Shown here one piece after another: positions 29,701 to 52,740 of a stretch of 64,000 bases of DNA (position 1 is the stretch's first letter; every line of letters begins with the position of its first letter). The stretch spans positions 354,111-418,110 of the forward strand of contig NMRA01000062.1 in the NCBI GenBank assembly GCA_002633005.1. Reading direction: 5' to 3'. The stretch is from Phoronis australis. Its lineage: Eukaryota > Animalia > Phoronida. The notes below the pieces were generated by a model. It ran no database searches and was not told the origin of the DNA. It was given only the letters and a program-made list of their open reading frames with translations. The position numbers and the translations under genes are program-made.

Positions 29701-30462
29701 ATTTTGTTAAATAAAATGCCTAGTTTTCGTGTACCGAGTGATATGAGAATAAGACCGCTGTTTTGTAACAAAAATGTCTTGGGTTTTGCGAGTTAATTTG
29801 GCATAAAACCCAAACTAAGTGAATAATCAAAAATTTCTGACAGCGTTTTTGAGACATAACACAAAATTTTCATTTGATAAAAGTTTTAGTAAAATCGGCT
29901 GGGGGGTTATTTTGCTATGAACATACCTCGCTTGCACATGGAAATTTCGATTTAAAAATATGGTCACGTGACGATACTACAGACACAATGGTAAAAAGAA
30001 TATTTTTAAAATCCCCGAACTCTCTCCTTTCAGAAAATACAAACTTTTAATGGTTCACAAAGCATAGTTTTTTCTATGTCTGACTTAAGAGTTGAGGTCA
30101 TTTACTAAGGTCCTAGATAACTTTAAAGGAGGTCGAATTGTACATCAGAAAAATGCCAGCAGAATTTTAAATACAAGGATTAGTCGTAAATAGATGAAAA
30201 TAAAAATTACAACTACAATGGGTGCAAAAAATCTGTTCAGACAAAAGTGCCCCCCCTCTTAAATCCGCCACTGATTTACCTGTAATCCATGTGGAATGGT
30301 GACCTTCTCATACTCCTCTCTTGGATGTTGGATCTTATCCAGGATAACATCCTGCACTGCTTTCCATGATTTGAATTTATAATATTTGTCACGAAACCTC
30401 TGTTGTTGTTCCGTGTCTTTATCAAACATAGAAAATCCAACACCTTTGGCCTGTATGGCCAT
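5726..30462 (-). CDS. Multi-exon WD40-repeat protein, WDR87/WDR97-like (~744 aa)
   Basis: Phase-consistent GT-AG exons read on the minus strand: 30462-30280 (MAIQAK...KVTIPHGLQ), 26300-26143, 25528-25474, 24872-24769 (KFVAICKDMSLRLF), 23152-23077, 22140-22084, 20534-20398, 19421-19208 (FLTASKDGVIKVW...AHSDQVTALDLH...LFSASLDGTVKVW), 18422-18315, 17896-17801, 16887-16813 (DGGVRLMSPLTG), 14631-14565, 14178-14078 (CSTNPC), 13343-13272, 12208-11984, 11221-11154, 10557-10440, 9954-9886 (ITGIDCS...SEDSSIK), 8434-8319 (IWDRSGQLVREMCFDGPVKGCCFANERGDILVG), 7035-6969; then tentative 6783-6738 and 5748-5726 (TAA). The first 20 exons give a continuous 722-codon ORF with clear WD40 repeats. The WDR87/97 call is recalled similarity, not a search; the last two exons are uncertain. 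Confidence 0.85.
8500..8745. repeat. Dispersed repeat family (inverted copies at ~25830-25930 and ~38245-38445)
   Basis: GGTAATAAAACAA.TATCTTCT and GATTTACAACCATCTGCAAA shared in reverse complement. Confidence 0.7.
12176..12415. repeat. 88-bp tandem triplication overlapping an exon acceptor
   Basis: CATGGTGCA...TTGACCAGGACAA at 12176, 12264 and 12352. Confidence 0.9.
12878..13250. repeat. Degenerate ~40-45-bp C-rich tandem repeat
   Basis: Recurring ACTGCCCCAGTGAnGGG..CCTTCC..TAC-like units; source of spurious ORFs at 12980-13261. Confidence 0.6.
13640..14070. repeat. ~43-bp minisatellite (TCTGAACCTGTTGCTCACAACTAGAGCTCATTTCACTATGTAA), ~10 copies
   Basis: Unit visibly repeated up to the donor at 14077. 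Confidence 0.9.
15825..16135. repeat. ~51-bp minisatellite, ~6 copies
   Basis: GAGAGG-AAGTTG...GGGCTCATACCACAG...GCTTATTTATAC repeated; 15905 to 15956 = 51 bp. Confidence 0.85.
16227..16745. mobile_element. Non-autonomous hAT-like MITE, 13-bp TIR, 6-bp TSD TAAAAT
   Basis: TIR CAGGGCTTGGAAT/ATTCCAAGCCCTG; TAAAAT on both flanks (16221-16226, 16746-16751); CpG-rich interior; right end nearly identical to 61737-61889. Confidence 0.85.
22289..23070. repeat. 34-bp minisatellite (CCATCCACAGCCTACACTCTAACTCCGCCCACTC), ~20 copies
   Basis: Period 34 measured directly (22306 to 22340); degrades toward the donor at 23076. Confidence 0.95.
26435..26640. repeat. ~41-bp tandem repeat, ~5 copies
   Basis: ATGGCAGACAACTAGAATTTC...CTCACTTTTTTCATT repeated. 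Confidence 0.85.
27912..29370. mobile_element. Old long-TIR DNA element (related fragment at ~14860-15140) carrying a nested MITE
   Basis: 28020-28200 is an imperfect inverted copy of 28890-29080 (ATCTCAAAAACGCTGT core, also at 15002); boundaries approximate. Confidence 0.45.
29100..29260. mobile_element. hAT5-like MITE (CAGGGGCGAATCCAG / CTAAATCGGCCACTG) with 5-bp TSD CTTTT
   Basis: Imperfect 15-bp TIRs, CTTTT on both flanks, internal poly-G; related termini at 30260-30273 and 63961. Confidence 0.75.
29716..30122 (-). mobile_element. Partial copy of the same Kolobok-like element
   Basis: Reverse-complement match to ~1734-2090; ends TCCTAGATAACT|TTAA. Confidence 0.7.
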
Positions 30463-31629
30463 AGTGCCTTAAAGTTACTCTCAGCTTTGAAGTAACAACT
30501 TTATAAACGCCTCAAATTCTGAAATAAAAGCATTAAATCTCTCGTTAATGAACCACCTTTTAAAAACATCAGTTACAATCTAGCCTACAGCTGCATGAGG
30601 CAAATTCCTTCACTGTTGGTAGTTCTGTCATGAATTGTCATGGAAAAATCATGATTAATTAAACAGATCACCTGATCATAGTCGCAACATAAAGAAGCTA
30701 GCATGTTGGGAATAAGCTATTCATCGAGGAAGAGTAACTGCAGAAACTGCATGCTAGGTAACATAACTTAATAATACCAGGTCTCTGTAGGCGCTAAAAA
30801 GAAAACTGCGACCTTTCAGAAACTCAATACAAACAAATTGTAAAGTCATCTGATTAAAAAAGTTTTTAAATCAGTTGGTCATAAGTAAATAAATGATTTT
30901 TAACATGTGGTTAAGTACTCTGTTAAGAGGATTGAATTTAATTAAATTATTTGTGAAGTTTGTAAAGAATCCAGCACACCAGTGGTCAGCTGATTGAGGT
31001 CCGCTATTCAGTTGAGGAAACTGAATTCTCTAAATCAGGGACCACTACTATCCTAGACTTAAAGAGTACCATTAAGTTACCCACTAGGACCACCAATTGA
31101 ATGCAAACCCTGCCACCCGTCAGGCGACAGGGCCAGTGACCACCGTCTCTAGCTGGCCAGTACTAAGGAGTTCAACTGGACGGTGGTCACTGTCTAGCGA
31201 GTAGCGATAGTCGGTGGACGGCCAGCTACTAACTTGCCAACTAGTCACCATTCTGAACTCGAGCTATGCCAAACTCCTGCACCCTACACTTAGAATAGTT
31301 TAAAGCAAAGGCTCTGCTCCATTCCAGCTAAAATGAACAAAACAATTATCCGAAGCACTGTACAGTACTCAAACGGCTCATTTCTTCCTTCCAGGCTAAA
31401 TCGCCAAATTGAAAACACCAGTGCCAGTGGCGGTGTCAGTGTCCGGTCCGACTGTAAGTCGCCACGACAAAAAGCAGACGAAATTACTTCAAGAGGAAAT
31501 CTATCACGAATGTTACTTACAACCAACTTAATAATGCCAAAATCGTTCAAAACTCTGATATCTATTCAGTCCGGCTTCGCTACACATAAAACCTCTGAAA
31601 ACTTCGCATCGATTTCTGTCCTGTTTTCA

Positions 31630-31720
31630 ACAAGTCGCCATGTGATTCTCTGTTATGGTACAAATGACGTCATTTGATTGTGGCGCTGCGGCAGGCACGA
31701 CGTCTGACGGACAGGCGACA
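31630..31720 (-). promoter_or_regulatory. Probable promoter of the WD40 gene with a palindromic CRE
   Basis: Perfect 16-bp palindrome CAAATGACGTCATTTG (31661-31676) in a CpG-richer patch ~1.2 kb upstream of the first coding exon, which has an acceptor-like TTTAAG 5 nt before its ATG. Confidence 0.45.
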
Positions 31721-31937
31721 AACTTTGGATTTTTAAAGCAATGATTTTTGACAAAAAATCAACGATGTTTCAATTGGGAAAAACTTTATCATACGATCCC
31801 AGAATAGCAAAGTACACTTGACGATTTTTGTCTACCTGAAATAACTGTCGGTTCAGTGAAATTCGAACAGTTTTACAACGTGGCCCAAACACGACTTATA
31901 TGACACGAATAGGCATCATTGCATTGTTAAAAGGATA

Positions 31938-33146
31938 GTAAACCCTGATGATTTCAACCAGTCCTCGTTGTGTCACCTGCTAATGCATCATTGGTGTCAA
32001 TCTTAAAAAAGTAAAAGCAGGAATCAACTAAAACTGTATACTTCGTACGTCACGGGTTGGATATTATTATTCTTGCTGGGTGGTCTTCCCTACAGTTGCC
32101 GTGTAATTTGTGAAAGCGTAGGTCACGCTTGACCGTTTGGCAAACTTTGAAAGGAGTTTTCAAATTTTCCTACAAACTTTTGAGGGTTGTCGAAGGTTAC
32201 AGAGGATTATTTTATTTCACTTGAGAATTGGATTGGAAAGTGGTTTTTCTGTTCAATAGGCCAAAACTGGGTTTGGTATCCTTTTAATTGACTTAGGAAA
32301 TAGTTTAATTCTCGAACAGGAGATCTCGAATTGAACTTGTCCCGTATTTTCACGCGTTCAGTATGCCGCGTGAGCTGTCAGCTGACAGCGTTCCCTACAT
32401 CAGGCGTAGCCAATGTCTCAGCTAACTGTCTGCACTGTTCCTTAATTAGGTCTCATTCCTCATTCCCAGTCCGACACCGTGAAATTTTGTTGAAATGAAA
32501 GAGGGAGGGGGGGGGGGCGAAGTCGAATAGGTTGTTACCCTCCTAATAATTTTTACTTCCCTATGTGGGCCTGCTAGTCCAAGACGTCTATCCAATGTGT
32601 TTTTCGGCAGTAAAACCTACAATACTATGGTGTGCTGACTTACGGCGTGTCTGGACTTTGATATGCTATTTGGGGTACATATGATACAGGTTTACCCGAC
32701 AATTCCAGTACGTCAAACTGCTCCGAAACATTGATTTCTAAAGTGAGAGGTGAAAATTAAAAGTTTACTAAACCCTGTTTTGATGATTCCTACTACTCGT
32801 TCTGTGGCCTGCTAATGCATCATTGGCGTCAATTTTCCAAGTTAAAGGTAGGACTCAAATAAAAACTCATACTCCCTATGTCACAGATTGGACATTATTG
32901 TCCTTGGCGGCTGGTCTTTCCCACAATAGCCATATACATATTCGCCAAAAGCGTAGGTTACGCTGTCCGTTTAACAGACTCTAAATGGAGTTTTCAAATT
33001 ACCCCCCCCCCCCNNNCCCCCCCCCCCCAATTTTGACGGTTGTCGAGGGTTACACTGAGAACGTTATTTTGTTTCAAAGAACAGGATGGGAATGTCGTTT
33101 TTAGTTTCTGCTGATAGACCCAAACCGAGGTTGGTATCCTTTTAAT
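31938..33146 (+). repeat. Diverged ~360-bp direct duplication (31938-32290 vs 32768-33146)
   Basis: Collinear shared blocks AAACCCTG..TGATT, CCTGCTAATGCATCATTGG, AAAGCGTAGGT, GGAGTTTTCAAATT and TTGGTATCCTTTTAAT. Confidence 0.8.
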
Positions 33147-33574
33147 GGCAAAAACAAGGTTGTGATGATCAATTCCATACGGGCGTTATTTCAAAAGAGT
33201 ACAAAAAATTCATTAACATTTAAAATGTTCTCCAACAAAGACAATATAACACGACACGTAATAATAACAACGTCTGTACAAATGTTGAAACTTGTGCTAT
33301 CAACTTCGGTCATACCCGAAGATGGAGTGTATGAAAATATGTATATGTATTCAATACTTTTACACAATTTAATTGAGTAAAAATGTGCAGAATTACCGAT
33401 TCCTTAGAAGCCTGAAGAAGCTTAGTTTTTTGCAATTCCGTACTCAATTTCAATAAAAAATGCGGCACTTTGTCTACTTTGAATAACTGGCAAAAGGCGC
33501 TTGTAGAGCGCCGCTAAAGTGCCTGGCGGACAGTTACCAACAGCGGATTGGCATAGATATCTCCAACAGTCTTG

Positions 33575-33760
33575 TGAGCGCTTTTAATTGCCTATCTTAC
33601 CAGACATTATCATATTTTACAAATTATATTTTCACCCATATTCTTTGTATTTGTATTCTGTCATAATAAATGACCTCATTTCGCCAACCTCGGCCTCCTT
33701 TCCATCTATGGTAACGAGCTTGTCACGCACGTATTTTGCTTGGGACATATGTCAAACACG
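33575..33760. repeat. Dispersed repeat; inverted copy at ~48680-48860
   Basis: Both regions translate to the same spurious peptide (PILP...VIINDLISPTS.SF.S.VTSL). Confidence 0.75.
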
Positions 33761-34779
33761 AATAGTATTCCAGATAACCATCAGCGGGATACCCAAGTCA
33801 TTTTCACAGAGACAGCTTCTGAGGCTTCAATGATTAGCTTTATTTTCCAGTTTTAATAACTTTCGATGTACATGGCGACTCCTAAAAAGCTATCTTTCAA
33901 GGCCGAGAGTATTTTGTTTCAGAGAACTGGAAGGAAATGTTTTTAATAACTGTTCATAGGTCAGAACAGGGTATCGTGTCCTTTTAAGTGGTCGTTTTCA
34001 CAAAATCTTTCTAAATGTTGTGTAACTGGAGTGTATTTGGCTGGATTTCTGATCGCTTCATTCCATTTTACTGAGGACAAAAGGGTCTTCAACAAGCAAG
34101 ACATTCAAGAAAAAAATCTTTATTTCAACAAGCACCAGAGCGGAACTAAAGTGACAAATCTAAGAGGGAACCTCGAGCATATCAAGCTTAATTACTACAC
34201 AGCAATCAACTGTAACGCAAAAGTAAAGTGCAACAAAAGGCCATCCCGAACAAGACTGGGTACAGACACAATAAAACCATTATTAATCCAACAGTACACA
34301 AGCTTAGGAAACCATTTATGGCAAACTTTATACTTCTGTATAAACTCACAGAAAAGCCGAAAGGCTGTAAAATCTGGTTTCATGCTCTACGAATAAGAAA
34401 CTAAGTAAAAAAATTCAGTTAATACCAATAACAATTTCTAAACAAATTTCATTCAAAATTAAAAAACGGACGATCATCCTATCTTAACCTTACTTTGGCC
34501 AAACACTGATGTAATTAACTTTTATTCATTGAGAGACTCCTGCAAGACAGCTCAAAACTTGGTCACTGCTTGGTTATCAATGACAATTCACACAAACCTA
34601 AGACAAAGGTAACTCACTGAGACAACATATGACACATTCAGGAACACAGGAACTGAAAATTGAGACTAGGCGTTTATATGGCACATAAAATGTCTGAATA
34701 CCTGAACAAAAATGTAACTGAGGCTAAATCACACAAGGATGCAACAATCCTCAAACAAGTATACCCAAGCTTACTGTGG

Positions 34780-35720
34780 CTGGGACATACACTATCAAAC
34801 TTTACACTGTAGATTGGAAAACCTACCTGTAATATGGCACAAAACATGGTGTACACACACTGTCATACTTTACACTGTAGACTGGAAAGGCTACTTGTCA
34901 TATGGCACAAAGCATGGTGTACATACATTGTCAAACTTTACACTGTAGATTGGAAAATCTACTAGTAATATGGCACATAACATGGCGTACACACACTGTC
35001 AAAGTTTACACTGTAGATTGGAACGGGCTATTTGTAAGAAGACACATAACATGGAGCACACACATGGTCAAACTTTACACTGTTGATTGGAAAGACTACT
35101 TGTAATATGGCACATAACACAGTGTACACACTGCCAAACTTTACACTGTAGATTGGAAAACTTATTTGTAATATGGCACATAACATGGAATACACACAAT
35201 GTCGAACTTAACAATGCAGACTGTAAAAGGCTACTTGTAATGGGACAAATAACATGGAGGACACACACTGTCGAACTTAACACTGTACACTGGAAAGGCT
35301 ACTTGTAATATGGCACATAACATGGAGTACACACACTGTCAAACTTTACACAGTAGACTAGAAGGTCTACTTGTAATATGGCACATAACATGGTGTACAC
35401 ATACTGTCAAACTTTACACTGTAGACTGGGAGGGCTACTTGTAATATGGCACATAACACGGCCAAACTTTACACTGTAGATTGGAAAACCTACTTGTAAT
35501 ATGGCACATAACATGGTGTACACACACTGTCAAAGTTTACACTGTAGATTGGTAACCTACTTGAATATGGCACATAACATGGTGTACACACACTGTCAAA
35601 GTTTACACTGTAGATTGGTAACCTACCTGTAATATGGCACATAACATGGTGTACACCCACTATCAAGCTTTACACTGTAGATAGGAAAAGCTATTTTTAG
35701 AACAGTACATAACATGTACA
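34780..35720. repeat. 68-bp minisatellite, ~14 copies, between hsc70-A and the WD40 gene
   Basis: TTTACACTGTAG recurs at 34801, 34869 and onward; unit CTACTTGTAATATGGCACATAACATGGTGTACACACACTGTCAAACTTTACACTGTAGATTGGAAAAC. Confidence 0.95.
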
Positions 35721-36557
35721 AATTCAAACCTATAGCTTGATCACCAGTCTTGCTCAATAGACATGGAACAGAGAATAAGAAAAAACTTCATATAAAATAA
35801 ACTGTGACTGACCCAAGCGCAGCATAACAAAACATTGCCGGATGCTCAGAAACAGAATGAGGAATTAAACTAAACTACTAAAAAAGTAATGCTCACATCG
35901 TTTTTGGACACGAATTGACAGAAACGATCAATTTGAAAAAAAATCAAAAATGCAATTATAGTAGGAACCAAGAGAAACACGCTTATGCCAATTATATTGC
36001 AAATATTCTCTTAAGTAATTTCACATACAGTGTTCAGAATTGAAAGCGACAAAGTGTAATCTCTTAACTTCATTCTGGCAAAACACATACCACAATGTTT
36101 GTCACGAATTTCAAAATATATTTGGAAAAGCCAGCTTTGTGATTTTCCCACCAAGTTAGCCATAATAATCTGATGTGAGCATTATTTTTTGTTTAGTAGT
36201 ATTTCTAGTAAAAGTTAACGAGTAACAATAACAATATTATCAATAACCCCAAAATGCCTATTCTATAGCTTAGTGTAATAAATTGGAGGAAACATCCCAA
36301 AATTTAAGACACTGAAAATTGATTATTTTCATAAAACACGGGCTCTGTCAGCAACATTGGAAGAAATGATATGACATCCAACACGGTGGAAATATTTTAA
36401 TTCGTGAGGAACCATGCCGTTTAAAATGAGAAATTGATGAAGCATCACATTTTTTCATCAGGTTTCAGTGTCCCAAATCAAAGACTGCCGTCATGCAGTC
36501 ATGGAAAGTTTGCCCCACGTAAATCGGGCAATATGTTGCAAGCGCCTTTCAATTCAA

Positions 36558-47589
<11,032 letters not shown>

Positions 47590-49719
47590 GGCGAGTCTGA
47601 AAAAAGCGATAAGAAAGACATTAGAATTTCCCTCTGGGTTTGAATAACTTGTAGCTCACACAGGTGGGAATATGAAAGAGCGCAAAAAGTTACTTTTGGA
47701 CACTTGAGGCAACGCCTATGAGGGCTTGCAACAGGGGTGGGAGGCTACTGATGGTGATTGAGGTACGTGGTTTTCCCCTCACCTCAAAAAATTCTCCTCT
47801 CATTAGGCACAGGCACCTTTCCCCTTGGGTGATCAAGAGCCTGGCAAGTAAAAATATACAGTACAATAGCGAAGACAATTGCCGGAAGGGTCACACAGAG
47901 GTCAAAAGAATAGCTAGTAAATGAATTACTCCATGTCCAGTGCTCGACACAGGCAAAAATACCGTCTATAGTTGGATATGCTCGTATTTTGAGAACCAGT
48001 TAGATGCCTGCAACAGTTCCTCAGCAGAGAAAACTGCGGTTGTCAAAATGCAGGCATGTTATATCCGCGACCATTATCAAAATGCCTGCTCGAAAATATG
48101 ACTGAATCAGTGAAGGCATATGCTGCACTCATTAATTTCAGGTTTTGGCAGTTTTGGGATTGTTAACAGTGACAATAAAAACATCTCAAATACAATAGGG
48201 GTTTACGTTTCAAACGCCTAGTTTTAGACAAAGGTAGACAAATCCGGCCACTATTTTTTGCCTTGCATGTCAATTTGTCACAGAAACCAAACTAAGTAAT
48301 CGAGAACTGCCAACAGCTTTTTTGAGATACAGTCAAGGGACCTAAATATCGGACGCTTTAGCACATTTTGCTTATATTTAATTGAAAAAACTACGGTTAT
48401 TGCAAATTCTTCACTGAAATAAAGACAATTAACCTTTGCGGAATTGTTCTGTTACTTATAATAAAGCCACTTATGTTCTGACTGATCTTTAAAAAACTAG
48501 CAAACCCTCAGAGAACCTAAAAAATTGGACACGTTTCCGCATAATTAAGCCACACTGAGGAAAAGTTTGGCTAACTGTAAGTATATGGCTGCAGTCACCT
48601 TGTCGCCAAATTGCAGCTTGTGTGTTTTGATATATTTTTTGCTAAAACACAGCTCTGTTCGCAACAAAATTATTTGTGATCGACACATGTCCCGAATAAT
48701 ACATAAATGATACGTATGTTGCAAGCTTGTTACCAGAGATGAAAAGGAGAGCGAGGTAGGCGATATAAGGTCATTTATTATGACAATTACAATAAAATGA
48801 ATACAAGTAAATAATGTATAATAGGTAATCTCTGGTAAGATGGGCAATAAAAAGCGCCAGCCACGTGGAAGTACGAAAGAATGACGAAAAAGGGAGGAAG
48901 AGGGTGGGAGAATTGAATGAGTTTTTGACGTAAAACAATGTGGCCGGAACAAAGGGAACTGAAAGCGAGGTTACAATAACAAAGAGAAACGCCCCTAAGA
49001 CACGTGACAATCATCAGCCTATAAGAGCCGAGAGCTGACCAAACTCGAGGCACGTGATAACAGCAGACCAATTAATGCGAAGGCTGGAAAAACGTCGTGT
49101 AGTCCTACACGAGGGAATGATGGAATAGACAGAGATGAGGGGGAAGGAAGCAAGGCGAGTCCATATGCTCACATAAATATATTTAACGAGTGAATTATGC
49201 TTCGGGTAACATTTTATAAAAACATCCAATATTTAGGGTCCTGTCCGATATTTAAGCACGTACTATGTGTAAATTGTGAAATTTTCATTTACTGAAAGGG
49301 TTCTTTAAAATTGACCAAGGGTAATTTCTTTTGCTATTTAAATGTATAGGCCTGCCTGTTTTAAAATGAAATTGCGACTTAAAAAATGTAGTAATATGGC
49401 ATAAATACAAACACAAAACATAATTCTATAATCCCTGATCTTTTTTCTTTCACAAAATACATACTTTTAGTTGACACAGTCCTGAAAATGAGATTTTTGA
49501 TGTAATGGAGGTCACTGATCTTCTCCTCCGTTTACAACAATCGATCGTAATAATATCGATCCTTACATGTTGGCATATGTTAATAATAAACTGAACCAGT
49601 GCATAACTGTGAAAAATAACAACAACAAAGTGCGGGTTAAGTGACAGGATAAAAAAACAGGTTTTATTGTTTACTGTGTAAGATTGATGTTCAAGATGTG
49701 ACCTGTGAACATTTCTATT

Positions 49720-50080
49720 GTTTCTGAAGATATAATGAATTGTGGGAGTCTGTTCCAGAGTAGAATGGTAGCCTGACAAGAAAGAGTTTACGTAGTACTT
49801 ATGCAGTGCGGATGTATGATCTCTCAAAGGTATGAGAGCGGGACGTACGTGATCTGGAGGTCTGTAGGGGTGGAAGGTATGAGTGAGGAATTAATAGCAA
49901 CCAGGTTATGTACGGTCAGTTTATTTTGAGCTCGTCTTTCTTGAAGGGTGGGCCATTCGAGAGTTGTAAACATGGATGAGATAGAGGAGTATCTTGAGTG
50001 ATGGTCACTTAGGACAAACCTGGCTGCTCTACACTGTATGTTTATCTTTTCAACATTTGAGCGAGTGGGGATCGCAGACG
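49720..50080 (-). mobile_element. Decayed CR1/L2-group LINE ORF2 3' fragment in intron 1 of hsc70-A
   Basis: Translation IQCRAARFVLSDHHSRYSSISSMFTTLEWPTLQERR resembles the KVQRRAARFV...SVTSML..L.WP.L..RR motif downstream of the RT domain. Confidence 0.7.
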
Positions 50081-50958
50081 GAGGAGGAGTATTGGAGTTT
50101 CGGTCTAACAAAAGTGAAGTGTAGGCAAGGGCTTTTGATAATAGTAATTAAGGTTTCACTTGAGAAGGAACATCCAACATTATTCAGTCTCAAAGTCAAG
50201 GACTGAGGAATGTTTATTGACAGATAAGAACTTCGCGAACCCTTTAGTTTTCAATAAAATTTTCACTCAACTTTTATCTCCGACTCCTGGGGCTAACTGT
50301 TGGTTAGTAGCCTAAAATACCTGTCGGATCAGACCCACAACGTGAAACCCTGTGCTGTTGCATGACATCGTCCCAAATAGGGACTCCACTAATTAAGTTC
50401 CCTAAATCTACTGCGTGTTTTTGGACTTGTGAAAACATCGATTGCCCTCATTTGGTTTCATAACTTAAACTAAGCCTACTTTTGACTTTGATACAAATTG
50501 AGAGTGATCTACGCTGAGTTGTCAATATTAGCGAAAATAAGTAGGTAACTTTTCATGCAAACCCCCAATTTAAGGACTGAGTCACTATATATAGGCCTAT
50601 ATATACATTTTCAATGAACTATGGCTATGCAACTCTAGTCTAGGTCTATGCCATAGGCTATGGGTTCTGTTTTAGTTATTTTATTAGAAAATGTCATTAA
50701 TCAATGAGGAGCTCATAACGAAGATGAAATGATAGAAAAACATTGGTTATGTGAATCCATAAAGACAATACGCTAAGACTTAGGGACCTTAGTAGAGTCC
50801 CTATTTGAGACCGTTTCATGCAACCGGCCACTGAGGCTTACAATAATACATGTAGCTTGGCGGAGTAAAACGTTAACCGACACACGAGTAGGATTGAGAA
50901 ACCCCAGTAACAGCATTACGTAATCCACCATGCTCACGGCACCGCGTGTTGTACTTAC

Positions 50959-51045
50959 ATGTGGTCCCGTGTGATCTTCTTCAGCAGAGGGGTGAACGAA
51001 CCTGAGAAGGCGGAGTTCTTCCAAGAAATTTGAATGCGCTTACTG
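50959..51045 (-). other. Probable non-coding exon 1 of hsc70 gene A
   Basis: Strong donor GTAAGTA starting at 50958, downstream of a TATA-like/CRE/HSE cluster; an acceptor (TTTTTTCAG) lies 7 nt before the ATG, so a 5' UTR intron is implied. TSS position approximate. Confidence 0.6.
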
Positions 51046-51062
51046 CACGAGGTCACACACCT

Positions 51063-51148
51063 CAGTTTTGTATAGTTCGAATGGATATGACGTCACGGTG
51101 GTCTTCTAGATTTTTCCACATACACTTCATCGTAGCGCCATCTAGTAA
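51063..51148 (-). promoter_or_regulatory. hsc70-A promoter: TATA-like TATACAAAA, CRE TGACGTCA, imperfect heat shock element, CTCF-like site
   Basis: TATACAAAA on minus at ~51074-51066; TGACGTCA 51088-51095; TTC-ta-GAT-tt-TTC 51104-51116 (three-unit HSE with 1 mismatch); TTACTAGATGGCGCTA 51148-51133. Confidence 0.65.
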
Positions 51149-51499
51149 GAATTTGACTTCAGGGCTAGTTAGCTCATAAACGAAAAACCCTAGCGCATAT
51201 TTTAAAATAAATATTTTTTCAATTAATTTGAAATATTCTAAGACTTCCCTTTTAAAGTTTGTTAAATTGATAGTACATGTAGTGTTCTTAAGATACTGCC
51301 TAATATGAAAATTTCCAAGACATACAATCAGATTAATTACGTTTAGTTATTAGCTTTCGGTTTTGTTTATGATCCAAATCCTCAAATGAAATTCAAAAAC
51401 AGGTTAAATCACAGTTCCAATTCAGATGGGTAAATGTCTCTGGCACTTTTTTACAAAATGTACATAAACCTGTATCTTGAACTTCAGTCTTATGCAGAA

Positions 51500-52740
51500 A
51501 TAGTTTTGTTGGTGTTAACAGATGTATGAAACTAGCCTGAAACCATCAATCTAGTATCACTAGTAAATTGTAAATAGGTATACCCCTTTCTCCACCGACC
51601 AATCGGGAGATGTATCAATATCAAGGTAAGTTTACCACTTATATTCTTGTTTTGGCTCTGTTTAAATAGAATTAAATGAGAATATGTATATTTTTCGCTA
51701 AACTTACAATTACAACTGGCATATTTGGGAGAGCTCAGACCAAAATACATTTTGATGTCTTTTCACGAAGTGCTATAAAACGCATCTCCAAAGAGTAAAT
51801 AATTCCACATTCTCAACAGCTACAACAACAGATGTTTCCAAAATAACCATTCAACATTCTTCTAAACCAACATAGTTTCAGTGATTTAAAAAGACTCAAT
51901 ATGAATCCTTTTGCAACCACCGGTTTTCTTCGCTACCACGTCGCCAAGACTTTTTGAATGTCTTGAATTTTCTGAGTGTAATTTTAACTAATAGAATGAC
52001 ACTGAAGTTTATTCCCAAAAACGCAATGATAAGAAGGCCACAAGAGATTAACCTCCAGACTTAAACAAGTATTACTCGATTTCCTAGAATCAATCCCTAG
52101 GCAACGAGTTTTGTCCATATTGGGTTTCAGTCCCAAAAACTGGCCCAAGAGATCCATAGCGACTAGACCCTCTAACAAAGTATCATTAGGCCGAATAGCA
52201 ATTTTTTTGTTCTTTAACTCCAATTTGCATTTCCTTCATCTTCCTATCATTCTGAAATGGTTTGTCATAATTTCCACGCATAAAATAAATATATACGGAG
52301 AAAGAGATCCACTTGTCGTCATCCGCGACCAACAGGAAAATATTCAGACGCGAAACTGTGTTTAATAATATTCTGTCAAAGACTTTGTTCAATAAATGAA
52401 TCCAATCGATAAAATTTGCATGGTAAGTAATTTAGACGAAACATTGTAGGAATACTTCCAATATACAGAATCGAAGGCTTTTTCAAAGTCAACCACGACT
52501 AGTAGTCTCTAAATATTAAAATTGTTGTTAGTTTTCATAACCTCGAGTGTAGATTCGCCCTCAGTTACTGTGATTTAGTCTTCAAGCATTTCATTTGATT
52601 TACTCAATTTTGGAGTAGCAAAATGATAAAGGAAGTTACCATCTCTGTAAGAATATGATTTTTTGTAAAAATTTCGAGTTTCATTTAACAGTTCAAATTG
52701 TCCAGTTAAAACTTCGTTATATTTTTATTGAGAGAGGTTT
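51500..52740 (-). mobile_element. Decayed L1/Tx1-type LINE reverse transcriptase remnant between the hsc70 genes
   Basis: Frameshifted motifs LLVVVDFEKAFDSVYW (~52505-52457), GSLSPYIFILCVEIM (~52310-52266) and GLKPNMDKT correspond to DFEKAFD, GDPLSP and SGLKIN..KT of L1/Tx1 RTs. Confidence 0.75.

Noticed and set aside
31634-31647. RFX X-box-like GTCGCCATGTGATT in the WD40 promoter
   Set aside because: The second half-site is too degenerate to call.
31290-31677. ORFs of 86 and 114 aa near the WD40 promoter
   Set aside because: No recognisable motifs; probably chance frames in 5' UTR/promoter DNA.
22289-35720. CRISPR-like appearance of the 34-bp and 68-bp arrays
   Set aside because: Units are contiguous with no unique spacers, there are no cas genes, and the context is eukaryotic.
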